Shown piece after piece: positions 36,951-49,763 of a DNA stretch of 64,000 bases. The position numbers and the translations under genes were made by a program. Positions within the stretch are counted from its first letter, which is position 1. Every line of letters begins with the position of its first letter. The notes under the pieces are model-generated. The model saw only the letters and a program-made list of their open reading frames with translations. It was not told the DNA's origin and did no database searches. Source of the stretch: Vicugna vicugna (lineage: Eukaryota); contig MU058781.1 of NCBI GenBank assembly GCA_013265495.1, forward strand, positions 1,902,963 through 1,966,962. Direction: 5' to 3'.

Positions 36951-39440
36951 CTGCGGAGCAGCAGCCAGGGAGCAGCGCTCGTGGTTGGCGCTCCCGAGAG
37001 CTCAGAATCCTTTACTGACCCGCGTTCCCTGCACTGGAACCCTGCTCAGGCAGCGCGGGCCTGTCTCAGGTTGCAAAGGATTTAGTTGCATGGCTGGATC
37101 TAGGTCTTAACAGTTAGCAGGTGCAATCTGAACTCCTGGACTTCGTGGAAGACAACTGCTCCCCGAGAAAAGGGCCAATAGGTGCACTGCAAGCAGTTAA
37201 AAAAACTGTACCTGCAAAAAGAAAAAAAAGGGCCCAATGTGGAGAGGGTAAATACACCCTAGAATTTTATGTAATCAAGGTGAAAAGTCATCTGCTTTAT
37301 TTTCAGTTCTGTTTTATGTCCACCCTTACTTCTTCTGTGTTTAGAAGGAAAAGTGCAGAGTCACAACACTTTGACACCAACGACACACGACTGAATCTGG
37401 AGCTTTGCTCGTCAAGGAAGTTGTCGGTCATCCTACAACAGGATCCTCCCTGCATCTTCCTTCCCTCCTCCCCGTCTCACTTAGCCGTCTTCCCCAGCTG
37501 TTGTTGGTAAGGACATAATAAACAGGCGCATAGCTGGAGAATGACGATGTTACACAAGCTGCATTCGTGCCGCCGCTGTGTAAACCAGGCTCGTGCATCG
37601 TGAAACCACAATGAGCAACAAGACGCATCCCTTCCCTTAAAGCATATTTCCATCTGGTTCTCGTACTGAGACGTTTCCTCAGGCACATCTTAGGTGGCTC
37701 CACCGCAGAAAACAGCTGTCATCTTGAAGGTTGGCGCAGTGATGATCTGCCGAGTCTGATAGGGACACTCTCCCCTCTGCTCCCTGCACAGCCCGGAGAC
37801 TCAGTTTAGCCTCCTTCCCTGAAGTTGAAGATACAGGACCTCCACATCTCACGATGCTCCTTATGCGAAGATAACAACTCGGATCTGGTCACTCCCTCCA
37901 TCCTCACGTCTTCTACACTGGTCACCACTGTGGCTCCTCCCACCTGCCGAGGCCCCCGCGGAAAGAAGGAAGTGGGTACTGACAGTAAGATGCCCTTTTC
38001 ACATTCAGCACTTCACAGAAGCTATAACTGTTGTAAATAAAATGAAACAAAATGATTACCTCCCGCTTTTAAGGTCTCTTGCTCCAAGTACGAATGAGTG
38101 CAGGTTGACCTAGGTTTGCCTTCTTCGTCTGCAGTGTTTTAAATTAAGGGAGGGCGTGTGAGCCCCGGGTTGAAAAAGGGAGGAGAACATCATTGTCATG
38201 AATTTACTTTGAGATCATGAACTGGGAAAATGCCATTTTTCATGAATGGCAGAAGGTGTGTTTCCTCCCTCCCTCCCCCTCTCCTCCCCTGGCACTGGCC
38301 TTGGCCTCCACAGACCCTGGAGGTGTGTGATCCAGGTGGAGAGCCGTGAAATGAGGCCTTGGGGTTGGGGTGGGGGGGTTGCCCAAGTTAAGGAGAGAAG
38401 AGCCGTGCCTGGGAACTGCTGTTGAAAGCACCGTTTCTTCCCTTCCAGCCCCATCCCGTTTGCACTTGGTTGCCCGTCCTGCCGTGTGCAAGGGAGAGCA
38501 CTGTTTCTCCGCACAGAGGCTGGATTGTGCTTCTTACATGGTCGTCATAACTGCCTGCTTGGTTTTCATTTCTCCTCCCTCCCAGTTTGAAATCACTTCT
38601 GTCTTGACCCTGAAACCACTGGTCTGTCCCAGCCAACACGCTGACTCCCACGGCCCTGGGGCCTGGGGAATGATGAGCCGTCATACAGCGCTCCAGGTTC
38701 TCCCGTCTTCCTTACCAACAGATCATCAGAAGGACTGCTGGCTTTGTGCTGGGGGATGAAAGATATCCCTGCTGCTTAATTGTTGCCTAATTTAACCCAG
38801 TCAAGGGAGTGGCTTCTTCGGGGCAGGCGACGTGAAGGGTAGTTGAAAGGGGTGTCTGAGATGACACTGTGAATTAAACAGCCATATGATTACCCATCTA
38901 CCTTCCCTTATATGAGTGTCTTTTATAATAGACGTATTCTTGAAAAAGGGTGTTTAGGTTGAAGTTTGAAAAAATTATTATAACTACTAGTTCAGGTGTT
39001 AAGACCCCAGTGAAGTGAAAAAGTAGTTTGTAAAGGAGTTACCCTTCTCTAATTCAGTTTCTGTAAAAAACAAATACACCAAAGGTTGAATCTGCTCAAA
39101 GCAAGGGCAACCTGAATTGTGCTATGTGTGACACAGAGCCACCGAGGCCGAGGTGTGAGTCCCCTGCATGTGTTCACTTGTACTGCCTGGGACATGGTCC
39201 TCACCCACCATCAACCCGCTGCTCCTTTCCTGTTGGCAAATTCCACCGTGCCAGTGACTCAGTGTGACTTCATTCGAGTGAAGGTTATCAAGGCCTGAAT
39301 GACTCTAAGAACTGTTCCTACAACTGGAGGCAGGAGGGACACCTTGTGACCTGTACCACACCTGCTTGTAGTTCTCAGCACGCCATTCAGTGTGGGGTTG
39401 TTCCCTGGATGATTACTCTGTCCATCTGGACAAGCTGACC

Positions 39441-39982
39441 TCCACTCCTGGGCATATATCTGGAGGAAATTCTGATTTGAAAAGACATATGCACCTCAAA
39501 GTTCATAGCAGCACTATTTACAATAGCCAAGACATGGAAGCAACTTAAATGTCACAGATGACTAGATGAGGAAGATGTGATATATTTATACAATGGAATA
39601 CTACTCAGTCATTAAAAAGAATGAAATAATGCCATTTGTAGCAACATAGATGGACCTGGATATTTCCATAGTAAGTAAAATAATTCAGGCAGAGAAAGAC
39701 AAATAGCATATAATATCACTTATATGTGGAATCTGAAAAAATTATACAAATGAACTTATTTACAAAACAGAAAGAGACTCACAGACATCGAAAACAAACT
39801 TATGGTTACCAGAGGGGAAAGCAGGCAGGGAGGGGTAAATTGAGAGGTCAGGATTTGCAGATACTAACTGCTATATATAAAATAGATAAACAACAGAGTC
39901 CTACTGTATAGCACAGGGAGCTATGTTTAACAGCTTACAATGGCCTATAATGAAAAAGAATACGAAAAGGAATATACATATG

Positions 39983-40021
<39 letters not shown>

Positions 40022-40090
40022 GAACCACTATGCTGTACACCAGAAAGTAACACAGCATTGTAAATCAACTATACTTCAATTAAAAAAAAC
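39441..40090 (+). mobile_element. 5'-truncated L1 (ORF2 end plus 3'UTR)
   Basis: ccactcctgggcatatatc...atagccaagacatggaagcaac...caactatacttcaattaaaa, with (TA)n at ~39987-40018. Confidence 0.9.
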
Positions 40091-40096
40091 AATGAA

Positions 40097-40264
40097 TAAG
40101 CAAGTTTATACTGTATAGTACATGGAACTATATTCAATACCTTGTAGTAACCTATAATGAAAAAGCATATAAAATGAATATACTTATACGTATGTAAGAC
40201 TGAACTATTATGCTATACACCAGAAATTGATACAACGTCATAAACTGACTATACTTCAATTAAG
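40097..40264 (+). mobile_element. Second short L1 3' end nested in the tail of the preceding L1
   Basis: ctgtatagtacatggaactatattcaa...ctgactatacttcaatt; TSD aaaaaacaatgaa at 40084-40096 and 40265-40277. Confidence 0.8.
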
Positions 40265-42159
40265 AAAAAACAATGAAAAAGAATCACTCATATTGCTCAG
40301 TATTGGACCTTGTTGTTCCTACTGACACATGGACAAATGGAGGGGGGATGTTCTTGGAGTTGCTGGCTTTGCTAAACTAGTGCTCACCTTGAAAAGAAGA
40401 GAATTGAAGATACAAAACATATACCTCAACTCACTCAAACAGGAAGTTATCTTTCGATAATTTCTACCTGAAAGTATTCTAACCTTGAAATCATCTCAAA
40501 ACAAGTCTTCGGGTGCTGATGGATACATCTTTAGTAAATTTGTGGATGTGTCATGAATTCAAAACGTCCATCAATACACTAGATTTGGAAACAGGAGACA
40601 TCTTTCAGCCCCCAAAGTTATGCCTATAAAAACAGAGTTGGATTAAGATGTACAGTAAAAACCCCACCTGTACCAAGCGAAATGGATAGCACCCAGGTTA
40701 GATGATGTGTCTTGATTAAGGGGACTGCCTGCATTACAGATTTTTAAAGTGTAATTCAATTATTATTATTTGTATACTATTTAATTGGTATTCATCCTAT
40801 GCTAGCCTGCATTATTAGGAGTGTGCGTGTGTGTGTGTGTCTTTCCTCCTTACCTGAAATGTAAGCTCCTTAAGGGTAAGGATTTATTGAATCCCTGCTA
40901 TTTCTGCTACTAATGCTCATCCAAATCTCAGCAGGCCTGTTTTAACTTCAGTCCCTGGCTCCTCCTGGGGATACTGGCACCACGTATGCTTTTGCTTAAG
41001 GGCACTCACACACTGGGAGAGGAGAGGACCAGGATGGGTTTCATCTTCTCTCGTTACTCAGGAGAGCCCAGTAGTAACATCTGCCAGGCTCCCCAGAGGG
41101 AACAGAGCCAAACAGTGGCTGTTCTTACAGCACAATGTGTGTGTGATGGAAAGCACGAATCCAAGGGAATTTGGAATGAACATAATGGAGTAATGAGGAT
41201 GAATAGTTCAATTAAAGCCAGTAAAAGAATATCTAGTTATAGGATCTGGAAAAAATCTGACGATGGAAACAAAGAGAGGGTCATGGCAGGGACTCCAGTG
41301 CAACCAAGCCGTGTATCGGCCCCGCATGAGGACGTTCCAGATGCACCCAGGCATGGGTCTACAAGCTAGTCATCCTCATTTGCAATATGGTGCAGTGGCA
41401 AAATATGGAGAGGAGCTGTCACACTGCATAGATGTCTACAGGGAAAGCCACCTGTCACCCTGAGCGCTGGCTTTTCTTACCCCTTATGATTCCAATGGAA
41501 GCTGCTGGAAGATGGGGGCTTCTGCTTCCACTATAGCAGCTAGGCACTCACAGGTAGTGAGGCTCCAAGGGCTGTTCTGCCGGTCAAACGTAAACACGCC
41601 CGAGAATGGCTACTTAAATAGAAAGTGGGCAGTTGGAAGACTGAGGTCTTTATTGGACAAAAGGTCAACATTCGTGAGTGAAAAGAAAGAGGTGGTGTTT
41701 GGGGGTGGGGAAGTGATGGAGGAAGAAATTCCAAAGTATGCTGCAAGTCTGGCCCAGGAATGTGTTTCAATTAGCAAAGGAAGCGAGCCAGAAGCCCTGT
41801 TTGCTGAAGCACTCGCGTGGGGGGTGGAAAGGAGACTGGGGAAAGCAAGTGAGAAAGGGGCTCAGACAGCAGCATGAACTGGTCCAGGGGGAGGCAGGGC
41901 ATCGAGATGAGCCCTGAAATACCCAAGGAGCTTTGGGCACTTTTCAAAAAACTGGACTTTTGCCCACAGCCACGTTGAACCATCTCAGTTTGCTGCTAAG
42001 GTCTGTGGCGATGACGCCTTCCTTCCAGAATGAGTGTGGTTTGAGGGGCGATTCTCTTTCTGATTCTCCAGCCATTGCCATGTCAAGTTCATCCACTCCA
42101 GGGCAACAAGGACTTTCCCTGGTGACTTTGCCGCTCGTGTGATGATTAATAATCGCTAC

Positions 42160-42575
42160 GCGTGCTGGTTGTTCTCTGTTCGCCTCCCCATCCATTCGGA
42201 TTCATTCCTCCCCTCTTGTCTGTTTAGCTCTGTGCCCAGAGAGGCTGAGCCCTGGGGGCTGCTCCTTCGTCTCCCTGGCTTCTCACGGGGTTCAGAGGTC
42301 GAAAGAGAAAGAGGTCGTGGTATTTCTTCCCTTCCCCCTCCCCGCTTCGGCACCTCAGCGTGCCCAGTTGCCGTGCACCACGGCCTCAGCCTTCGCTGGA
42401 TTACAGTACCACCACTGCTTCTCCTTCCGCTCCAGACGAGGCTAGTCACAGCTTCCCGCTGTGGCTGGTCTCTGGGTGCCACCGCACCCCTGGTTTGCTC
42501 CCTTTGCCTCTCCCACACCTCTGTCTCTCCACCTTGACCGGCTGCAGTAAATTGTTCCCTGCCAAACCCTGAACG
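42160..42575. mobile_element. Old ERVL-type LTR remnant (LTR33/LTR16-like)
   Basis: ctctgtgcccagagaggctga...cacagcttcccgctg...ttccctgccaaaccctga. Confidence 0.45.
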
Positions 42576-42629
42576 CATAATGCAAACTTTGTGGGGTGTT
42601 ACTACGGGCTCTATTCTTAGTCCTCTGTG

Positions 42630-42772
42630 CGCATTGACTCATTTAATCCTTCTAAAGGGCACTGATGAGGCTAAGGCTCAGGAAGGTTAAGCCATTTTCC
42701 CAAGGTCACACAGCAAGTGGCAGAGTCAAGTTTGAGCCCAGGTATTTGAACTCTGGACTCTGGGTACTTAAA
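42630..42772 (-). mobile_element. MIR SINE
   Basis: ctcatttaatcct...aggctcaggaaggttaag...cccaaggtcacacagc...tttgagcccagg. Confidence 0.75.
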
Positions 42773-42973
42773 CACTGACCTGTCCTACCTCTTTCCTAGC
42801 TTGAGTCACTTCCCTGGAGCACAGCAAAGAATGAGAAAGTGGGACCCAAAGCCCTCTGAAATACATGCCCCAAAGGTTCATATTCTCAAGCTTGTTCATA
42901 GTGAAATCTCTTAGATCACAAGTAACTCTTATTTTATGCCTTGTTACAACAGGATAGGCTATCAAATTTCCCA

Positions 42974-43153
42974 TCCCTGTGGTTTGCAGGCTTCGTTGCA
43001 CAACAGAATCATCTGAGGAATTTTAAACTATCTCTGTACCCACATCACTCCCCAGACTACTGATATCACAACTCTGAAGAGGGGACCCAGGCATGGATAA
43101 TTTTTTAAGCTCCCAGGAAATTTCAGCCTGCTGCCCAACATTGAGGAGCTCTG
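42974..43153. mobile_element. MER5A-like DNA transposon
   Basis: cagaatcatctgaggaattttaaa...ccccagactactga...ggggacccaggcat...aagctcccagg. Confidence 0.65.
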
Positions 43154-43959
43154 TCCTAGCCCACAGCAGCAATTACTGGAAGGCAGGGATTATGAGTGGA
43201 CAGGCCTGGTGATATAAATAAAGGTAACAGCTGGCAGCTATACAGATGGAGGCTGGTGAGGAACCATGGAGAGCTTGCACAAGAACCAAAAAAAAAAAAA
43301 AAAAAAGCATGATCTGGGTTCATTTAATGCCTGGGCAAATCGCCCTTAGGTCTGAGGGCATCTTATCCTTTTCTTGCTATTACATTATAGTAACTGTCCT
43401 GAGTCATTTAAAAAGAATTATTGTCAATGCACTTTGTTTATTGGTGCAAAGCAAATGTATACCTTTCAAAAACTTTTTACCCCCCAAAGATTACATAGGT
43501 AGGGTTATTCTTAAATAAGGTAATGTCAGGTATCTAGAAGATGCACTTCAAATACAGTATTTCTGATTGATCTATAGATGCCAAATAGATGAGGAATTGC
43601 TGTTTGATAGGAAACGTTTATCAGAATATTCACACTCGCTGACCTTCAGCAGAAGCTAGGCTCACCTGCTCCTCATGGTCACAGTTGACATTTTTATACT
43701 TTTCGGTCCTAACGTGGGTGATTCACCAGTGCTCACCAGGCCTTGTGAAAACAGAGGACGGTGCCAGTGGCTGGTTCTCTTGGAAATGGTCCGGCACAAG
43801 GAACACGCGGGCTCCGTGTGTCTAAATGTCGGATGCGGTCTCCTAGTTGTTATTGTTGGTTGTTCCTTTAGGGCTGGGGTTGGAATATTCCAACAATCTG
43901 TTCCTGACGGCAGACCAAACAGCTTTTGTTTCTTTCTGATATTTCTCGTGGCTGCTCTG

Positions 43960-44180
43960 CTTGTTTACATGCTTGCCTGCGCGGCGCTGGGACGTGGTGA
44001 TGGCTCGCTGGCTGCACGCCGACCGCTCGCTTCTCCCCCGCCCGCCGCGGGAGCTCAGAAGCAGGGGCGCTGCCCAGAGGGTAAGTCGACAACGGCCATT
44101 CCAAATGCCAGCAAAGCGCCCCTCTCCTCTTCCGCCCGCCTCACTCCTGCGGCTCTACCCCCGCTGCGCCTCTCCCTGCT
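43960..44180. promoter_or_regulatory. Intronic CpG-rich patch (candidate enhancer or antisense promoter)
   Basis: Dense CpG, GC boxes, FOX motif TGTTTAC at 43962-43968, and a + strand donor AGG|GTAAGT at 44080/44081. Confidence 0.5.
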
Positions 44181-44315
44181 CTCAAAGGGCCCTGGTGCTC
44201 TTTTTTTCAGTAGCTCACCCTGAAAACAAAGATTCAGCCCAGGTGCACGGGGGATCTTTGGGGTGTGGCCCCTGGGGACTGTCTTACAGTGACAGCCTCA
44301 TACAGACAGTTCCTG

Positions 44316-44533
44316 CTGAGTGTCTCCTCCTCGGCACTGGTGACATTGGGGCTACATCATTCTTCACTGAGGGGCCTGTCCTGTGTGTTGTAGGATGTTT
44401 GCAGCACCCTGGCCTCTACCCACCAGATAGATGCCAGAAGCATCCCTTCCTCCAGGTTGTGACAATGAAAAAAATGTCTCCAGACATTGCCAATATCTCC
44501 GGGGGGCAACATCACCCCTGGGTGAGAGCCACA
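44316..44533 (-). mobile_element. MER20 DNA transposon
   Basis: ctgtcctgtgtgttgtaggatgtttgcagcaccctggcctctacccac...aatgtctccagacattgccaa. Confidence 0.85.
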
Positions 44534-45284
44534 TATGGAGTTCCCTAACTTTCAATTTCCACTGGACTCTGGGGTCAAGGACTAAACTAAAGCCTCAATG
44601 ACCTTTTCACCAGCACTTGGCTGTGAGATGTGCGGGCTGTTGTCCTCTATCTAAAGCATCGCCATGGAGATGAGAAATTGGCCCTGTTCTGTACAAGCCC
44701 CCAGGTGACTGGAACTGTCCAGCAGTCAGAGGTGTCCCAAGGGGAAATGAGTGGCGTGGGAGTGGCTGGTCTCCCCTAATGGAGCAGGCTGGATACCTTC
44801 TATTTGCTATTCCAGAACCATCTGCACCTTTCCCCCACTCCTTCTCTGTGCCCTGAATCTCACCTGTAAGGACCCCAGGGATGGGCATCCAGTTGGAGGG
44901 AGGGAGGAGGTGAGGGCGGGGCATTTGTTCCCCACGTTCCCTCATCCTGCAAGGTCACAGTTGGCTGACCGACCCCTTGTGGTTTTGCTGTGTCCAGCCC
45001 TCACTCAGAGCTGGTCCTGGCATCAAATTCTCTGAGTTCCTGTTAAATTAGAATAATCTGGGTATATCATATATTTTTTGCTGGGACCTTGACTAGCACA
45101 CAAAGTCATGGGCACTTTATATGGAGGGTACATGGACGGCGCACGTGAGAGATACAACAGTCACTTGAGGAGAAAAATCTCTTCGTCTTAGCTTAGAGAT
45201 AATGCATATTTATTCATAACCTTCCACACTCGTGTCTGTGACATGAAGGAAAGAGGCCAATTTAGGAAACCAAGCACTTGCGTT

Positions 45285-45815
45285 GCAGACAGTATTGGGC
45301 TCTAACCCAAGAATCACCCCTTGAGACCCTTCTTTCTCTCACGGAATCCTGATCAATTTCACCCTCCTTGGAGTGGCTATGTCCTTCAAGAGACACTGGG
45401 CTGTCCCTCAGCCCCACAGTGTGAATACTGATTTACTTCACTCTCCTGCTAAGATGCTTTTGGGCATGGGTGTGTGACACACGCTTGTTTCACTGGAAAG
45501 GGGGTTCTTCAGCGGGGCTACTGATCAACTTTCCTCACCCTTAAAGAGACACAGTAAAAGGCTCTTCCCTTCATCCCACCTCTGGACAGTGCGAGGGGTG
45601 CAACATTCAGAGCTGCAGCAGCCATCTTGCCATCATGAGAACAGTGGAGCCCAAAGATGAAGGGATCTTGGTCCTTGATGACATCTCTGAGTCAACCAAT
45701 TAACCAAACTTAGAACTACCCTTCTTCCAGAATTATATTATGTGACATAATAAATGTTCTTATTGTTTAAGCTACTTTTACTTGAGATTTCTGGTACTTT
45801 GCCAGCAACACAAAC
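45285..45815 (+). mobile_element. MLT1 (MaLR) LTR
   Basis: gagctgcagcagccatcttgcca...cttggtccttgatgacatc...aataaatgttcttattgtttaagc. Confidence 0.7.
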
Positions 45816-45889
45816 CGATCCAGGAGTTCATCTCATTTAATCCCATAATGAACTACAGAGATTAAAAGTGTCATCTTAAACCTCTCAGC

Positions 45890-47347
45890 AGCTTTTTGCT
45901 CACTCCCTCCTTGAAACGCTTTTTAAAGCTGGCTTCCGTGTTACCGTGCTCTCCAGCTTTTTCCTCTGCCCCATCTCACTCTCCCTGGATTCTCCTCTCC
46001 TCTTTGGAACTTCTCTTTTTTTCTAGCAATAGTTACCACGTGGGTGCCCTCACCAGGAGCCATCAATTTCATGACCACGCACACACTGACGGCTCACTAG
46101 TAAACCTCTAGCCCCGACTGCTCCCCTGTCGTCCAGTCCTGTATATACAACTGCCTACTTGGCCTGCCCCTTGGATATCTAACAGACAACCCCAATGTCA
46201 CACGTCCAAAACAAACTCTTGGTGTACCACCTCAAACCTTCCTCTTCACCAGGCTCCTACATCTCAGTAAATGGCATCCTCTTTTTACAGAGACCAAAAT
46301 ACTGGAGTCATCCTTTACTCCTTTCTTAGTCCACAATATGGAACCCACGCCCTATATCCAAACATTTACTTCTTACCTCTTTCACCACTGCTAGTCTAAG
46401 CCCAAATCTCTCTCTCCCACACTATAGCAACCGCTCCTTCTGGCTTTTCTTGCTGCTTCTCTGGCCACTGTATGGTCTGCCCTCAGCATATCAGCCCCAG
46501 TGATTTTTCTAAAATAATTCAGATCTTTGTTATTCCTCTGCTCAAACCCCAGTATGGCTTCCCATCTCACTTAGAAGACACTCAGAAGTCCTTACGCTGG
46601 CCTACGATGCCCCATGTGATTGGGTCCCTAGTCCCTTCTGCAGCTATCTCTTTACTGCAACCACATGGGCCTCTTTAATTTTCCTTGAACGTGTTTTCTT
46701 TCCCTCCAGCACACATCCACCTCATGACCTTTGCACCTACCACTCCCCACGTTGGGGATGTCCTTCAACCAGCCAGGCTCTCATGTCACTTCACTCACTT
46801 TTTTTTTTCATTGAAGTATAGTTAATTTACAATATTATATAAGTTTCAGGTGTACAACATAGTGATACAAAAATTTTGTAGATCACATTCCATTTAGAGC
46901 TACCATAAATATTGGCTCTATTCCTTGTCTCATACAAGATATCCTTGCAGCTGATTTATTTTATACATAGTAGTTTGTGCCTCTTAATCCCCTACCTTTA
47001 TCTTGCCCCTCCCCGCTTCCCACTTGTAGCCACTAGTTTATTCTCTGTATCTGACACCACTCACTTTCTTCAGGTCTCTGCTGAACCGTGACTACCTCAG
47101 AAAGAACTTCCTGTAACACTCTACCTGAACTAGCATTTCTTTTCATTCTCCAACTCTTTCTGCTGCTTTATTTTTATTCTTATAAGGCACCACTCCTTGA
47201 CAATCGATTACTTGAGTGTTTGTTTGCTTATTCTCTGTCTCTCTGACTTGAACATAAGCTCTGTGGGAGCAGGGATTTTGTTTTGTTCACTGCTGCGTCT
47301 CTTGCACTTAACACCTGGCCGGGTGCGATCTGCTGAATGAATGAATG
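45890..47347 (+). mobile_element. Long L2 3' fragment, interrupted by an L1
   Basis: caactgcctacttgg...ggatatctaacagaca...catctcagtaaatggca...ctttgcac...tgctgaatgaatgaatg. Confidence 0.8.
46802..47053 (-). mobile_element. L1 3' end inserted in L2
   Basis: attgaagtatagttaatttacaatatt...tcttaatcccctac; TSD-like cactcacttt at 46792-46801 and 47058-47067. Confidence 0.82.
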
Positions 47348-48089
47348 GCTTAAATCCATCATCCCTTTATTGTACAGCAGGGAGCTTACGTGGAATCTTA
47401 GGTTACAGAGAGGGGAAAAAGGCAGCTGCGATTAGAACCCAAACCTTTCCTCTTCTGGTCTAGGGCTCTTTCTACTGCTTTATACTGTCACCTACATGAA
47501 TTAATTAGTGATTATTTTTCCTTCAAAGGTAATTTGTGATTTTATGGGGAAAAAAGTCATCCAGCACAGAAATGGGTTTCCAACTGGGCCGTCTGTGTCA
47601 GCAAAGTAGGAGGGAGATTGTGTGTGTGTGTGTGTGTGTGTGTAGGGGTGGAGGGGCGTGGTGCTGGGTGACAAGAAGTCCACAGAGCCTTCCTGTGCTT
47701 GGAAATCATATCACACCATAAAACAAGGCTCGTATGTAACCTGGGCCCTTCTTTATCCCAAGAGCAAGGGGCAGGGGCAGAGTAGATGCCTCTTCATGAA
47801 GGAGTCAGGTTTCTAAGGATTTCGAGAGCAATGAGAGAAAATGAAATGCAACATCCAAGTTGCAGAATGGACAGTCTGTGCTCAGTATCAGGGTCAGATC
47901 TTTTAAGAACAAACCTCCTTCCAGCAAATTCAGTTCAGTCTGGGACATGCAAATCAGATGAGAAGCATACCTGAAGGTGCTAACCAGGTAGCCTAGTTTG
48001 CTATACAAGCTAATAATACAATCCACCCGTTATTGGGTGCGTACTGTTTCACATGCTGTTTAAATGCTACTGGTGACAAAATCAACACC

Positions 48090-48328
48090 CATTGCTAACA
48101 TTTATTTGTTGCTTATTACATGACATACATATTTTTAACTGTTGAACAAGCTCACCGGACCTTCATGAGAACCCGTATAAGAAAGGCGCTAGTATTTTAT
48201 GCATTTTGCTGATCAGAAAACTGAGTTCTAGAGGGATCATGAATTTCCTAAGACTGTTCAGCCATAAGTGATGGAGCTGGAATTTGAACCCAGGCCTGTG
48301 CTGTTTTAAACTGCACACTTGTGCTCTC
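48090..48328 (-). mobile_element. MIR SINE
   Basis: gctaacatttatt...cattttgctgatcagaaaactgag...gagctggaatttgaacccagg. Confidence 0.75.
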
Positions 48329-48329
48329 C

Positions 48330-49763
48330 TTAAATTGATTTAGAGATTAAGCACCATCCTCATCGAAATCTCAATGGGCTTTTTTGTGGAAATTGACAAA
48401 CTGATTCTAAACTTCATGTGGAAACACAAAGGACTCAGAATAGCAAAAAACAAACAAACAAAAAATTAAAAAAACAAACATTATAAAAGAGGAAGAAAGT
48501 TGGAGGACTAATGCTACTTGATTTCAAGACTTATAAAACTACACTAATCAAGACAGTAGGTATTGGCTTAAAGATAGACAGATAGATCAATGGAACATAA
48601 ATAAATATACAGACAGCTGATTTTTTATAAAAGTGCAAAGAAAATTTAGTGGGGAAACAGGGCCTTCCAACAAATAGTGTTGGGACGACAGGATATCCAT
48701 ATAAAATAATGACCTTCAAGCTATACCTTTCATCATAGAAATATTAACTCAGAATGGATCAGAGAGAAATATAACACCAAAAACTATAAAACTTCTGAAC
48801 AAAGATGTAGGAGAAAATGTTTGCGACCTTGGGTTAGGTAAAGGTTTCTTAGATAGCACATCAAAAGCACAATCCCCAAAGGAACAAACCAATAAATAGG
48901 ACTTCATCAAAATTAAAAATTGGCTGGTCTTCCAAAGACAATGTTAACAGAATGAAAAGTTAGAGCCTGGAAGGAAATGTTTACAATACATGTATCTGAC
49001 AAAAGAATTACAATCAGAATTGATAAGAAACTCAAAACTTAATAATAAGAAAACAGCCCATTAAAATTGACATAATATATGAACAGACATTTTATTAAAG
49101 GAGGCATGTAGATGGCAAATAAGCACATGAAGAGATGCTCATCACCAGTCACTAGGGAAGTGCTAGGTAAAAACACAGGAAGGTACTGCTATACACCTGC
49201 CTGAATGGCTACGATTAAAAGAAAAATCTGACCATACCAAGTGACGGCAAGGACATGGAGGGACTGGGACTCCCATGTACTGCTGATGGGAATGTAAAAT
49301 GGTACAACCACTTTGGAACCCAGTTCATCAGTGTCTTAGAAAGTTAGGCATACGCCTACCTTATGACCTATTCATCCATTCCTAGGTGCTTATTTACTCA
49401 AAAGAAAAGAAAACACATGTCCTTACATGTGACTGTTAATTTTGCTAAGTAAAAGGAGACAGAAAAAAAGGGTATATACCACATGTTTCACTTACATGAA
49501 TTTCTAGGAATTGCAAACTAATGCATAGTGGCAGAAAGGAGATCAGTGTTTTCCCGGGGATGGGATGGGAGTAGGAAGGGGAAGAAGGTGGGATTATGAA
49601 GGAGCATGAGGAAATTTGGGGGGTGGTGATGGATGTGTTTATCATCTTAGCTGAGGTGATGGCTTTACAGGTGTATATGTACATCAGCATTATCAAAACT
49701 TACAGTTTAAATATGTGCAGTTCATTGTATGCCAATTTTACTTCAATAAAGCTGTTTAAAAAA
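48330..49763 (+). mobile_element. Old L1 (L1MC/MD-like) ORF2 3' part and 3'UTR
   Basis: gaaattgacaaactgattctaaa...gacttcatcaaaattaaaaa...ggaatgtaaaatggtacaaccactttgg...cttcaataaagctgtt. Confidence 0.85.

Noticed and set aside
43675..44548. 182-aa and 195-aa + strand ORFs
   Set aside because: They cross a GC-rich patch and a MER20, and show no recognisable protein family or exon structure.
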